64,000 nt of DNA from a virus: positions 3,211 to 67,210 of IMG/VR virus record IMGVR_UViG_3300042332_000715. The stretch is one strand, 5' to 3'. This document shows positions 1 through 9,212 of this stretch, one piece after another (the stretch's first letter is position 1; each line of letters starts with the position of its first letter). The position numbers and the translations under genes are program-made. The notes below the pieces were generated by a model, which made no database searches, was not told the origin of the DNA, and saw only the letters and a list, made by a program, of their open reading frames with translations.

Positions 1-121
1 CAAACTGGACCGCTATCACCCAATCGCTATCTGGAATGGTAAACGCTGGAAGCGTGTAAGTCCTTGCCGATATATTGACCGGACCGAAATTGACAGAGCC
101 TTGATTGAATGATGCTGGCAT
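1..121 (-). CDS. 5' part of a hypothetical, probably structural, protein running off the window edge
   Basis: ATG at 121 on the - strand opens MPASFNQGSVNFGPVNISARTYTLPAFTIPDSDWVIAVQF, open to position 1; co-directional with the two upstream genes. Confidence 0.45.
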   Translation of the reverse strand, partial: MPASFNQGSVNFGPVNISARTYTLPAFTIPDSDWVIAVQF

Positions 122-202
122 GTTAGATTAGCCCCCCGCCATCGCCTACGATTGGACGGACGATGGAGCGAATTATCGGTTGTATGATGCTGCGTGTGGT
201 CA

Positions 203-571
203 TTATGAGTAGGCAACTCCCGTTACGTTGTCACCGGTGTATGTGTATGTCTTGGTCAGGCTGATACCTGATGGAGTCGCACCGGATAGCACAATCGAGG
301 TCACTTTGTCGCCGGTGTAGTTAATCGTTTTCGTGATCGTGGTCGTGTTAGGTAAGGTATAAACCACCGTCGAGATTCGGCTAGCCGAATAAGTAACGGC
401 GAATGGATATGCCGAAAGATTACTAGCCACCGATTCAAATGTAGAAGCGGCTGTGCCGCTACCGGACCCCGGCGGACCTTCCGGCCCGACTGGTCCCTGC
501 GGACCTCGCTCTATAACCTCTATAACGGTCGATACCGCGTCGTCTGAGACGACTTCGATAATATCACTCAT
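203..571 (-). CDS. hypothetical virion-associated protein with a short collagen-like G-X-Y stretch
   Basis: RGPQGPVGPEGPPG followed by repeated beta-strand-like motifs (KTINYTGDKVT / KTYTYTGDNVT). Confidence 0.6.
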   Translation of the reverse strand: MSDIIEVVSDDAVSTVIEVIERGPQGPVGPEGPPGSGSGTAASTFESVASNLSAYPFAVTYSASRISTVVYTLPNTTTITKTINYTGDKVTSIVLSGATPSGISLTKTYTYTGDNVTGVAYS

Positions 572-968
572 CGATGTTCGCCCCGCCTTTCAGCTTTAAT
601 TTGCCCCATATCCAGGTCTTTTCGGTCGTGCCGTCGAACGTCTCGACCTCATAGACCGGCGAATCGCCTTCCGCATAATCGCCGTTAGCGATAGAGCGGG
701 TGTCATCGGGAGTCAAAATGGCTAGAATCTCGTTGTCACTATCTCCGCTTACTACAACATCAGGTGTAGGAGTAGTGTCAGTCGATTTTAGAACTAGCCT
801 AGTACCCCCCGCTTGGGGGGCTTTATCGTAAACAGTCACGTTAACGCGAATACCCGTTAACGGGTAAGGCGTGGTCGTGCCGGTAGTGCTTCCGGTCCAA
901 AGACGGAATTCTAGCCGTTTGTGATTGCCTACCCAGAGATCTTGGTCGTTGCGAGGTGGTGTTGCCAT
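564..968 (-). CDS. hypothetical structural protein, BppU N-terminal-like beta sandwich
   Basis: pattern YPLTG...ILAILTPDDT...VYEVE...TWIWGKL resembles small phage baseplate-upper-like proteins; promoter directly upstream. Confidence 0.5.
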   Translation of the reverse strand: MATPPRNDQDLWVGNHKRLEFRLWTGSTTGTTTPYPLTGIRVNVTVYDKAPQAGGTRLVLKSTDTTPTPDVVVSGDSDNEILAILTPDDTRSIANGDYAEGDSPVYEVETFDGTTEKTWIWGKLKLKGGANIDE

Positions 969-976
969 AAGTTTTG

Positions 977-1005
977 ATTATAGCATCATAGGCTAGCCGA
1001 TGCAA
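977..1005 (-). promoter_or_regulatory. sigma70-type promoter TTGCAT-N17-TATAAT with CGGCTAGCC in the spacer
   Basis: reverse complement ttgcat-cggctagcctatgatgc-tataat, 8 nt upstream of the 968 start codon. Confidence 0.7.
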
Positions 1006-1173
1006 GAGAATTGTAACCTTGGGTTCCGCCTAGCGGAACTTCGGTGCAAAAAAGTACGCATTTGTTCAAAAGGCATTAGGTCATTTTTGAGAGGCGTCCA
1101 CCAAGGAAAACATTGGGTGTTTCTGATTTTAGGTACAGTTTGTGTCACATATTGGAGATAACCCATTTATATG

Positions 1174-1303
1174 GGTGTGTGTGGAGGTGTAACCTCCTGT
1201 GGTGTCCTGGTGTGTGTGGAGGTGTAACCTCCTGTGGTGTCCTGGTGTGTGTGGAGGTGTAACCTCCTGTGGTGTCCTGGTGTGTGTGGAGGTGTAACCT
1301 CCT
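1174..1303. repeat. 35-bp perfect tandem repeat x3.7, each unit with a GGAGGT-GTA-ACCTCC hairpin
   Basis: unit GGTGTGTGTGGAGGTGTAACCTCCTGTGGTGTCCT starts at 1174, 1209, 1244 and 1279 (last one partial). Confidence 0.95.
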
Positions 1304-1326
1304 TTTAGCTTTTTTTTGCCGAAATT

Positions 1327-1401
1327 TTGCAGACTACCCGCTAAGTCGGTATACTGGATAGAAATGCGAAAAGCTGTATCGCGCAAACGACACAGCTTTT
1401 C
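1327..1401 (+). promoter_or_regulatory. promoter TTGCAG-N17-TATACT plus leader hairpin upstream of the mini-polymerase gene
   Basis: -35 at 1327-1332, -10 at 1350-1355; stem GAAAAGCTGT 1368-1377 / ACAGCTTTTC 1392-1401. Confidence 0.55.
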
Positions 1402-1444
1402 TGGCCCATTCCATTACCAGAACTAACGAAATGAGATACCATCT

Positions 1445-2554
1445 ATGGTACGCAAAAAGGTTGCTTTAAGCAACAGAATCTACCAGATTCCGATCCCAAA
1501 AAATGCAGTTTTTTCCGGTCCGCTAGCGGACCATCTAGCCTATCTTAGCTACCGCATCCTGATGATGACTTCGCAACGCGAAGATTATCGTGAAAAAGGA
1601 TTCTTCATTCCATTTAGCCGTGATTACGGCAGGCGGATTTTCGGTGGTCAATGGGATCAAGTTAAGCGGCTAGCCGCTTCTGAGTATTCCCACATATTCC
1701 ATTTCAATGAGAAGTATTCTTACCTAGAAGGGCAAAAAGGTTTCCCTAAATCCGTCCGCTTAGAGGACGAATATCGTACTGGTGAGGTTGAACTATACAC
1801 CCTACGCCGGTCTAGACCGGCAAAAGGTGTCATAGGGATCGAAGAAAACGATAAAACAGGCATGAAGCTCGTCGAAGATTTCGACCACTTCTATCTGCCA
1901 GAGTGTCCACCGGACTTCGATAACGCTTGGCAAGCGTTCACTTGGAGCCGCATAGCGGCTAAAGACTTCTACGCATCGAAGTGTGAGTTCGGCAGGTTCC
2001 ACTCGAACTTCACCGCTTTTAAGCACCGTGACAGGCTCCAATGCGACGGTGGAGCGACCGCAATAGATATTGTGGCTTGCCAGCCACTTATCTTAGGCGG
2101 ACTCGTCCTAGAGCATTTTGGGCCCCTTCCTGACGTTGTTGAATGGATACGCCTCTGCTCTGAGGAAGATCCCTATGAGCGGCTAGCCGCTCTAAATGGC
2201 ACAGATCGCTCTACGACGAAGGCGAATCTGATTCAGTGTATCTTCGAGCGAAGATTCCATATGCAGGCTATGGCTATCTACCGGCTGCTAGCAGCCGAAT
2301 TTCCGACGATTGCTCGGTACTTACTTGAGATCAAGGAAGTACACTATGAGCGAGTCGCTCATAATTGCCAACGGCGTGAATCACTTTTACTTATAGAGCA
2401 AGCAGTAAAAGATCTGGGTGAGATCCCAGTTGTTACCGTTCATGACGAATTTATTGTTCCCAGCAAGTACGCGGATAAGGTCCAGAACAAGATCAATCGC
2501 CGTTTCCTTGCTGCGGGGCTAAAGCCCCAGTTCAAGAGAACGGAACATTTCTAA
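1445..2554 (+). CDS. small family-A DNA polymerase / single-subunit RNA polymerase-like protein (palm and fingers only)
   Basis: GRFHSNFT, motif A-like AIDIVACQP, motif B-like K-x-x-L-x-x-x-F, FPTI, Q-x-x-ES, motif C VTVHDEFIV; no exonuclease domain. Confidence 0.65.
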   Translation: MVRKKVALSNRIYQIPIPKNAVFSGPLADHLAYLSYRILMMTSQREDYREKGFFIPFSRDYGRRIFGGQWDQVKRLAASEYSHIFHFNEKYSYLEGQKGFPKSVRLEDEYRTGEVELYTLRRSRPAKGVIGIEENDKTGMKLVEDFDHFYLPECPPDFDNAWQAFTWSRIAAKDFYASKCEFGRFHSNFTAFKHRDRLQCDGGATAIDIVACQPLILGGLVLEHFGPLPDVVEWIRLCSEEDPYERLAALNGTDRSTTKANLIQCIFERRFHMQAMAIYRLLAAEFPTIARYLLEIKEVHYERVAHNCQRRESLLLIEQAVKDLGEIPVVTVHDEFIVPSKYADKVQNKINRRFLAAGLKPQFKRTEHF

Positions 2555-2572
2555 TAAATTTCTATTTTCCCG

Positions 2573-2601
2573 TTGTCGGCTAGCCGACATATGGCTATAG
2601 T
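2573..2601 (+). promoter_or_regulatory. promoter TTGTCG-N17-TATAGT overlapped by a 16-bp CTAG palindrome
   Basis: TGTCGGCTAGCCGACA at 2574-2589 covers the -35 box and spacer; SD GAAAGGG precedes the 2622 ATG. Confidence 0.55.
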
Positions 2602-2621
2602 ATTGGTGAAAGGGAAATACG

Positions 2622-2942
2622 ATGATCTGTACGATTGCCGGTTTTGACACTTATGACATGCAGGCAGGTAGACGATTGTTCTACTTGAACAAGGTAATTC
2701 ATGTAGGTGCAACCTACTACCAATACAAGCCGGTCTACTACGGACACCAGACCAAATCCGGTCTTTATGTCGTGTACCACGACGAGAAGATCGAGGTTCC
2801 TGCTCGGCACATCCGAGAAGATAGCTACTGGGTTAGATTTTTGAACCACAAGGAAGATCGAGCGTGCCGCTCATCGCTTCCAAAGTGGATGTTGTTTACT
2901 GATATTTCTGAGGACGAAAGGAAAACTAGGGCACTAAAATGA
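2622..2942 (+). CDS. hypothetical protein
   Basis: ORF with SD; ATGA overlap with the next gene. Confidence 0.65.
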   Translation: MICTIAGFDTYDMQAGRRLFYLNKVIHVGATYYQYKPVYYGHQTKSGLYVVYHDEKIEVPARHIREDSYWVRFLNHKEDRACRSSLPKWMLFTDISEDERKTRALK

Positions 2943-3601
2943 GCGAAATCGAAATGAAGGTTGGGGAATGGTATGAAAATACACGTTGCGAACGTCTGTA
3001 TTGCGGACTTGAAATACCAGTCACAGTCAGAAAGGGTACTAGATTTGTTTGTTACAGGAAAGACGGAGGATTGAAGTCGTTTACTGATGACGGTAGATAC
3101 TACGACGACAGAACACAAAGCAGCCAGGATATAGTTCGCCATCTGCCCGGTTGCACCGGGTTTGACTGGGAAGAACCCAAGTTCAAGGTCGGCGATGTCG
3201 TCTATGCGACCAAGCCGGAAAACACCAGACAATACCCAATCTGGGCTTGTTCTATGGATGAACTACAAGGCAAAGCCTTGACTGTAACACATGTAAGGAA
3301 AGAAACGCTAGATGTCAAAGGAAGTGTGTACTCTTTTCACCATGATTGGCTATCCAAAGAGCCGCCAGCGGCTCAATATAGAGCATTTGCCAATGAAGAG
3401 GAATACGCACCCCACTTCGACCGAAAGGTCTTGCGTCAGAGTAAGGCTTCGCCTGAGGCGAAGGGGCAGTATCGGATCGGCGCGTTCGACGAGTCTAAAG
3501 TGTGGACGACAGATGGTGTCCAATGCACTTACGCGCAGATGCTCAAAGACGGACGTAAGTTCGCTGACACGAACGAACCGTTTGGGGTAAAGATAAACTA
3601 G
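2939..3601 (+). CDS. hypothetical protein with an SH3-like FKVGDVV module
   Basis: 220-aa ORF coupled to the upstream gene. Confidence 0.7.
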   Translation: MSEIEMKVGEWYENTRCERLYCGLEIPVTVRKGTRFVCYRKDGGLKSFTDDGRYYDDRTQSSQDIVRHLPGCTGFDWEEPKFKVGDVVYATKPENTRQYPIWACSMDELQGKALTVTHVRKETLDVKGSVYSFHHDWLSKEPPAAQYRAFANEEEYAPHFDRKVLRQSKASPEAKGQYRIGAFDESKVWTTDGVQCTYAQMLKDGRKFADTNEPFGVKIN

Positions 3602-3606
3602 TTACT

Positions 3607-3834
3607 ATGGATAGACGAACTGCAATTAGAACCATAGGAGCGGCTACCGCCGCTCTTGGAATGGGTGGCCTATCCTCGGTGAAACCGAGTAGCGGCTGCG
3701 TGCTGCCTAAAAGCGAATGGCAAACACTTGAGGATGTCATCCTAGTAGAGTGTATTCCATTCGACTTAAAGAATGCTCAGCACATGGATTTACTTCTAGC
3801 GTATCACGCTAGCGGTGAAATAGACAGCAGATAG
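3607..3834 (+). CDS. small protein with a twin-arginine (Tat)-like signal
   Basis: N-terminus MDRRTAIRTIGAATAALG. Confidence 0.55.
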   Translation: MDRRTAIRTIGAATAALGMGGLSSVKPSSGCVLPKSEWQTLEDVILVECIPFDLKNAQHMDLLLAYHASGEIDSR

Positions 3835-3894
3835 GTGAGTGGATGCGAAACCAAGATAGAAGAACTTATAGGTACTTAAAGGAGATAGAGTGAT

Positions 3895-4698
3895 ATGTCC
3901 GTGTATTTTACAGCCATCGGGGGATTTGCGAATCAAGCTATCCAATACCTTGCAGCATCCAAACTTGCTCTAGAGCAAGGAACAGATGTAGTCTGTGATC
4001 TGAGCTTCCTAAATTCTCAAAATGAGAACCAGGGCTTCACTATGCGAAGTTATATGCTCGATAAATTACAGAACGCACCCAAGACCTGCGATTATCCGCC
4101 AGCGGATTGCGAGGTGTTTCCGTGGGAAACCAACGACAACCCAAGCGGCAGATGCTTAGGCAACGTAAAGCTGCAAGGCTATTTCCAAAGGCTTTCAGCC
4201 TTACCAGATCGATATACTTCCTGTGGCATTTTGAAGGTTTACCTTCCGTTTAATGCTATGAAGGAGATTACCGATGGGCCGATGGCAATCGGCATCCACG
4301 TAAGACGTGGCGATTACGTCTCGAATCCTTCCGCGAACGCCTTTCATGGCGTATGCAGTATTGATTATTATATGGAAGCGTTGGACCATATTAAGCGGGA
4401 GCAACTAGCTCATGATAAGGCTGTTTGCTGGATCGCCACCGACGATAGAGACTGGTGTTTTGAACGTCTGATCCCGAAGTTGAAACGGGACTTCCTGTTC
4501 ATTTCCGATTACACTAACAACGACGTAGAGGAATGGGATATGCTCTCAAACTGCGACGTTGGTATAATGGCCAATTCCAGCTATAGCTGGCTGGCCGCTT
4601 ACGTTAGTGGCCATAACGAGTGGATTTATCCGCGTGATTGGCGAACTGGCTCGGGTCGGCTAGCCGACCATTGCCCTGACGCCTGGATTTGTATTTAA
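3895..4698 (+). CDS. glycosyltransferase family 11 (alpha-1,2-fucosyltransferase-like)
   Basis: GGFANQAIQY, LQGYFQ, GIHVRRGDY, ATDD and NSSYSWLAAY motifs. Confidence 0.92.
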   Translation: MSVYFTAIGGFANQAIQYLAASKLALEQGTDVVCDLSFLNSQNENQGFTMRSYMLDKLQNAPKTCDYPPADCEVFPWETNDNPSGRCLGNVKLQGYFQRLSALPDRYTSCGILKVYLPFNAMKEITDGPMAIGIHVRRGDYVSNPSANAFHGVCSIDYYMEALDHIKREQLAHDKAVCWIATDDRDWCFERLIPKLKRDFLFISDYTNNDVEEWDMLSNCDVGIMANSSYSWLAAYVSGHNEWIYPRDWRTGSGRLADHCPDAWICI

Positions 4699-4711
4699 CT
4701 AGAGAGGAGAA

Positions 4712-4978
4712 TTGAAAGTGATTACGATTAAGCACAAAGAGAAACGATTGACTGTTCTATCTGCTGTGTACCAAGCATTTATACACGACGGGAAGACGTA
4801 TGTTGTTATCAGAAAACCTAATTCAACGTATATGACTATGGACGTGACAGGTACTCGTATTCCGTGCTTGAACATCAAATCTTTGTCCGTAGTGGCTTTC
4901 GAGCGTAACACGCTCGTTGAGCCTGTGGACTTGGAAATAACTGTCGCGCCGATGGATATCCCACTACCGGAAGCATAA
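4712..4978 (+). CDS. hypothetical protein
   Basis: SD GAGGAG; in operon context. Confidence 0.55.
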   Translation: MKVITIKHKEKRLTVLSAVYQAFIHDGKTYVVIRKPNSTYMTMDVTGTRIPCLNIKSLSVVAFERNTLVEPVDLEITVAPMDIPLPEA

Positions 4979-5425
4979 ATGGTTAGAATAATCCCATCTG
5001 CCAAAGCAAAAGCCGAAGTTAGGTCCGCTATGCGGACGCTAGGGGCTAATTGCACGTTAGACGAAATCAAGGAATTAACAGGCTATCAGCCTGCCTTGAT
5101 TCGGCAGATCATCAAGGAATCCAAGACTAAGCCCAAGAAAACTGGCGTTGTCTCCAAGACTCCCGAGGAGCGGGACGCTCCTGTGTTTATTAAGGAAATC
5201 CAAAAGAACACTGGACTTGAATGTGTCAAGTTAGTTACGATTAGAGGCATGGACGAATGGATGCTACTTGCCCCTACAGGAGTGCCGCTATTGCGGCTTA
5301 TCGGAAAGGGCGATTTGATTCAATTCGCTAGAGCAGGTAAAGAGCCGTCAAAAGTCCTGCAAGGACTCAAGACGAGTGTTATTGAAGGTAGACGCCAAGC
5401 AAGGAAAAGGAAACGAAAAGTCTAA
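4979..5425 (+). CDS. hypothetical basic protein, possible N-terminal HTH
   Basis: TLDEIKELTGYQPALIRQII is HTH-like; Lys/Arg-rich. Confidence 0.55.
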   Translation: MVRIIPSAKAKAEVRSAMRTLGANCTLDEIKELTGYQPALIRQIIKESKTKPKKTGVVSKTPEERDAPVFIKEIQKNTGLECVKLVTIRGMDEWMLLAPTGVPLLRLIGKGDLIQFARAGKEPSKVLQGLKTSVIEGRRQARKRKRKV

Positions 5426-6072
5426 AGTCCCTTGAGTGCTGAGAGCACCTCGACGATAACTGGATGACGCATATTACAGCTTGCATCAAATCGTTGGATA
5501 CCAACGCTAGGCAGGCCGTCAACGGCCTTTAAGAAGATCGGATAACCTCCCATGCCTCTAGTATCCTGGGCGCAGTCGCCAATGATAGCTAGGCGACTGT
5601 CTTTGCCTAATCTAGTGACGAGTGCCCGAAACTCCTCTATAGATAAGTTCTGGGCTTCGTCAAGGATTACGAAGGCATTAGAGAACGTCATTCCTTGGAT
5701 GTAGGGAAGCGGATACGCTTCTATTAGGTCTGGATGAATCCCGAGGTCTTTGGCTATAGCGTGCATTGGTGCCAAGTATGGAGCCATTTTTTCGCTGGCC
5801 GTTCCTGGGATCGCCCCTAATTTCGATCTTCCCATTTCAAGCGGAGATCTGACATAGATGATCTTCTCAAATAGCCCCGATTCAATGGCTTGCTTTCCCC
5901 AGGCAAGGGCACACCAGCTTTTCCCTGTTCCTGCATCCCCTTCCAAGCAAACGATTGGTAGATTCTGAAAGAGGTACCAAGCGTTCTGCTGACTATCATT
6001 CAATCGAAATCTTTTGGGCATCTCGTGGAATGACTCAAGTTCCTGGTTTACTGGCCGTTTTCGCTTCGCCAT
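5422..6072 (-). CDS. phoH: PhoH-family ATPase
   Basis: GDAGTGKS, LGAIPG..EKMAPY, GMTFSNAFVILDEAQN, TRLG, GDCAQ, RHP. Confidence 0.93.
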   Translation of the reverse strand: MAKRKRPVNQELESFHEMPKRFRLNDSQQNAWYLFQNLPIVCLEGDAGTGKSWCALAWGKQAIESGLFEKIIYVRSPLEMGRSKLGAIPGTASEKMAPYLAPMHAIAKDLGIHPDLIEAYPLPYIQGMTFSNAFVILDEAQNLSIEEFRALVTRLGKDSRLAIIGDCAQDTRGMGGYPIFLKAVDGLPSVGIQRFDASCNMRHPVIVEVLSALKGL

Positions 6073-6139
6073 AAATGACTTTCTAAGGTATGGAGGTACT
6101 TTTGATTATACCGTATTCATCCCAAACTTGACACCAAAA

Positions 6140-6436
6140 TCAATCCTCATCGCCGAGATCGGCGGAACGGTAGCCGAGATCCCAGAGAATTTTAACCAAA
6201 TCGGCTTCTAATTCTAAGACTGCTTGCTCGCTGAATCGCGGCTCGATTATGTGAATCAGCTCATGGAGCAAGGCACCTAGAAGGGCTTTGCCCTTCAGTT
6301 TGTGGTTGATCCAGATATGCTTGTGGGCTGTCCTCGAATCGTTCTCAACTAACCCGTCGTAGCCGGGAATGTTGGCGGTAGTTAGAGTCCAGTACCTTCC
6401 TCCTATTTTGACTCTGCGTGGATGGATTTCTGGCAT
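6140..6436 (-). CDS. small zincin-like metallopeptidase domain protein
   Basis: LLHELIH (HExxH) with downstream SEQAV. Confidence 0.7.
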   Translation of the reverse strand: MPEIHPRRVKIGGRYWTLTTANIPGYDGLVENDSRTAHKHIWINHKLKGKALLGALLHELIHIIEPRFSEQAVLELEADLVKILWDLGYRSADLGDED

Positions 6437-6453
6437 TTTGAATCTCTTTATGT

Positions 6454-6526
6454 TATAATACGAAAGGCCGCAAGTCGTTCACTCTTGCGGCCTTTCTAAC
6501 CATTATCAACTGAATAGGAGTATCAA
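6454..6526 (+). promoter_or_regulatory. -10 box plus leader hairpin of HNH gene 1
   Basis: TATAAT 6454-6459; stem GAAAGGCCGCAAG 6462-6474 / CTTGCGGCCTTTC 6484-6496; same layout as the elements at 9213 and 13043. Confidence 0.7.
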
Positions 6527-7219
6527 ATGGCTAAGCCCATTATACCGTCTGAATCGTGGATTGCACCTGATTTTTCGCCAGAAACTTTCGGTCGTTTAAC
6601 GACCATTAGTTCTCCTTATAAACCCGAAGGGGCGAAATCGCCCGTACAGGACTTTGTTTGTAGCTGCGGGAATAAGGTGACTAAGCCAGTATCCAGCGTA
6701 AGATCCGGCAACACATCTAGCTGTGGTTGCATTAAAAGGGAGATACTAGAGAAACGAAACTATCGTCACGGAGGTTGTGGTAGCCTAGAACATCAAAATT
6801 ATACGGCTATGCTACAACGCTGCTACTACGAAGCAGGTGAGACGTACAAAAATTACGGAGCACGCGGTATAAAAGTCTGCGACCGGTGGCTTGAGCCAGA
6901 TGGTCGCGGCTTCGCTAATTTCCTCGCTGATATGGGTCCACGACCCGAACTCACATCAACAGTAGAGAGAAAAGATCCAAACAAGGACTACAGCCCAGAT
7001 AACTGCTGCTGGCTTCCCAAGAGATTACAAGGCCGGAATCAAAGGAGAAGCCACATGGTCACTATAGGAGACAGAACGCAATGCGTTGCAGCATGGGCAG
7101 AAGAATACGGCATAAAGGCGTCTACTGTATTCGACAGAATATATTTCGGATGGGAACCAGAAGAAGCTATAACCCTACCTGTAGGAGCTAAGAGGAAAAA
7201 ACCTTTGATCCGAAACTAG
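6527..7219 (+). CDS. free-standing HNH homing endonuclease 1, antisense within a - strand gene run
   Basis: FGRLT, CSCG, SCGC, YGARGIKVCDRW, DMGPRP, Y-x-P-x-NC-x-W motifs. Confidence 0.85.
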   Translation: MAKPIIPSESWIAPDFSPETFGRLTTISSPYKPEGAKSPVQDFVCSCGNKVTKPVSSVRSGNTSSCGCIKREILEKRNYRHGGCGSLEHQNYTAMLQRCYYEAGETYKNYGARGIKVCDRWLEPDGRGFANFLADMGPRPELTSTVERKDPNKDYSPDNCCWLPKRLQGRNQRRSHMVTIGDRTQCVAAWAEEYGIKASTVFDRIYFGWEPEEAITLPVGAKRKKPLIRN

Positions 7220-7940
7220 CGACTCCATCGCTAATGATTACTGGGTATAGATTGAAAGTCCCATCCTCCCTGAAGTAGCATAAACCGACGCAATGCACCC
7301 ATTTGTTCGGTGCATTGCGCATGTAACTTGGGTTTCTGTCGCACAAGCATCCAAGCGATGTGGCGACATGCTTGATAGACACGTCGATAGGGCTTACAGC
7401 CGTACTTTGCTGGAAATCGTGAATGTGACCGTAGATTAGGTTACGTCCGAAGCTACTAACATGCTTGGCAGCATGATTTTGGGTCGTGTACAGACCGTGA
7501 GTGGAGTACAAATTGCCGATTCGATGGCATTCGTTGTACTGCAAGTGCTTGATTTTGTAGCCAGCTTTACGCCTTTCCTTGAACTGTAACCCTTTGTCTA
7601 CTTCGACCAGACCTCGCACAGCGGGGTTTTGGTCTATGTAGGTATAGGCTCTATTTTCGTGATTGCCTTCATGGTACACCACGTTTTGGCAATGCTTAGT
7701 CAATCGGTCAAATAACTTGTTCCCTTCGTCAAATTCCTTGGCCATATCGATACTGGCCTTATGCACCACAGATTCGCGTATGTGCCTAGAACAAGGATCA
7801 TAATCAAGATAATCGCCCAATATGGTTATCACGTCAGGCTTAAACCAGTGGACGATCTTTAGGGCCGTTTCCACGGCCTGTTCGCTGTGGTAAGGAACGT
7901 GTGTATCGGGCCAGTAGACTACTTTCAATGGTTCAGCCAT
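7188..7940 (-). CDS. calcineurin-like metallophosphoesterase
   Basis: DTHVP, GDYLD, GNHE, THG, GHIH. Confidence 0.88.
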   Translation of the reverse strand: MAEPLKVVYWPDTHVPYHSEQAVETALKIVHWFKPDVITILGDYLDYDPCSRHIRESVVHKASIDMAKEFDEGNKLFDRLTKHCQNVVYHEGNHENRAYTYIDQNPAVRGLVEVDKGLQFKERRKAGYKIKHLQYNECHRIGNLYSTHGLYTTQNHAAKHVSSFGRNLIYGHIHDFQQSTAVSPIDVSIKHVATSLGCLCDRNPSYMRNAPNKWVHCVGLCYFREDGTFNLYPVIISDGVASFGSKVFSS

Positions 7941-7983
7941 TTTTTCTTTTTACCCTTATTTTGATAAATTTCCATCTACGGCA

Positions 7984-8012
7984 TTGACGATAACGGCTAA
8001 TAGCCGTATCAT
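7984..8012 (+). promoter_or_regulatory. promoter TTGACG-N17-TATCAT with inverted repeat ACGGCTA-A-TAGCCGT in the spacer
   Basis: read directly; upstream of the sigma-like gene. Confidence 0.6.
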
Positions 8013-8053
8013 TCGGGGGTCAGCAACAATTCACTTAAAGGAGACTGAGAACT

Positions 8054-8521
8054 ATGGTTACAATCACCCCTGAAATGGATGCCGCCTTGGATCACCAAGC
8101 CAAATGGATGATATCCATTATAGGTAAATACGTTCGTAAATACCACAGATTTGCAGATGCCGAAGAACTTTTTGCGGACTTTGTGGCGTTTTATCTCGAA
8201 AACCGCCACCATTTCAATCCAGAGCGTGGAGCACGCTCGACGTTTGTGTTCCAGCTATTCAGATCGTTCACGTTCCGAAAAGCAAGAAAAATTAGAATAA
8301 CTACACGGAATGTTGTCGCCGACGTGCCGGTGGTTGCACTAGAATACGATGAGGATGAGATTGAACTGCTAGAGCAGTTCGCTGTCCAACCGAGGAAGTC
8401 GGCTAGCCGACTCGCTAAAGATATGGGCCGCAAAGAGCGGCATATTGAAGAAACGCTTGATTCGCTGAAAGCGAAAATAGCACAACGACAACGTAAAGAA
8501 AGGGCAGTAGTATGCAAGTAG
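8054..8521 (+). CDS. putative phage sigma-factor-like protein
   Basis: region-2-like DAEELF...HHFNPERGARSTF and a C-terminal HTH-like SASRLAKDMGRKERHIEE. Confidence 0.6.
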   Translation: MVTITPEMDAALDHQAKWMISIIGKYVRKYHRFADAEELFADFVAFYLENRHHFNPERGARSTFVFQLFRSFTFRKARKIRITTRNVVADVPVVALEYDEDEIELLEQFAVQPRKSASRLAKDMGRKERHIEETLDSLKAKIAQRQRKERAVVCK

Positions 8522-8880
8522 ATTTACAAGTAGAAGTCCCGAAGGGATATGAGTTGACTGGGGAATATCGGGCACCTGCAATAAAGGAGCACTTCCTCAA
8601 TACAAACGGCGATGCTGAAATGTGCTACAGAGAGTATGATGTCGCACGGTTGATTCTCCGCAAAGTCGATACGTGGCGTGACGCCACCTTGGATGATCTC
8701 AAACGGGTTATGGACGGTGAAACCGTCGAATGTCGATACGTTGATAGAAATCACGCATATTACGGATTCCGGCTAGCCGGATGGAACACAAATGACAACA
8801 AACGCCCGGTGTGGGCTATGTTGATGCTAGAAATGCCATCAGAACTGTATTATGCTTCAGTAGTACAAGTCAAAGAATGA
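8512..8880 (+). CDS. hypothetical protein, paralogous to 8877-9206 and 61222-61569
   Basis: VPKGYELTGEYRAP and WRDAT motifs shared with 61222. Confidence 0.7.
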   Translation: MQVDLQVEVPKGYELTGEYRAPAIKEHFLNTNGDAEMCYREYDVARLILRKVDTWRDATLDDLKRVMDGETVECRYVDRNHAYYGFRLAGWNTNDNKRPVWAMLMLEMPSELYYASVVQVKE

Positions 8881-9206
8881 TCTCCGGCATACCAGAGGGC
8901 TACGCCCTCGACCGTATCGGCTATCCAATGCCTGGCGAGAAATTCATCGGGCACACCGGAGTCGTTTACGACTATCCAGATTGCGATGTAGAGATTCAGC
9001 ATCCAGTGGCGATTGTATCGCCGAAGGAAGGCTGGAAGATACTACGAGCTATCGCCTGGGACGGCCAGCCGACTAGAGCGAGATTCAGAACCCGCAAGAA
9101 CGACCCTTGGCATTTCGGGTACTTAGTTTCCTATCGGCCTGGGGTTTGTAAATGGCAGGCCGACGATGGTAGATGGTTTAGAGTTTGCGAAACGTGGAGA
9201 GTGTAG
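8877..9206 (+). CDS. hypothetical protein
   Basis: start reassigned to the ATGA overlap at 8877 (MISGIPEGY). Confidence 0.65.
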   Translation: MISGIPEGYALDRIGYPMPGEKFIGHTGVVYDYPDCDVEIQHPVAIVSPKEGWKILRAIAWDGQPTRARFRTRKNDPWHFGYLVSYRPGVCKWQADDGRWFRVCETWRV

Positions 9207-9212
9207 TTAATT

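Noticed and set aside
1174-1303. Possible CRISPR array (35-bp repeats)
   Set aside because: Units are head-to-tail identical with no unique spacers, and no cas genes are present.
1129-1386. 85-aa ORF on the - strand
   Set aside because: It is a translation of the 35-bp tandem repeat and lies antisense across a promoter.
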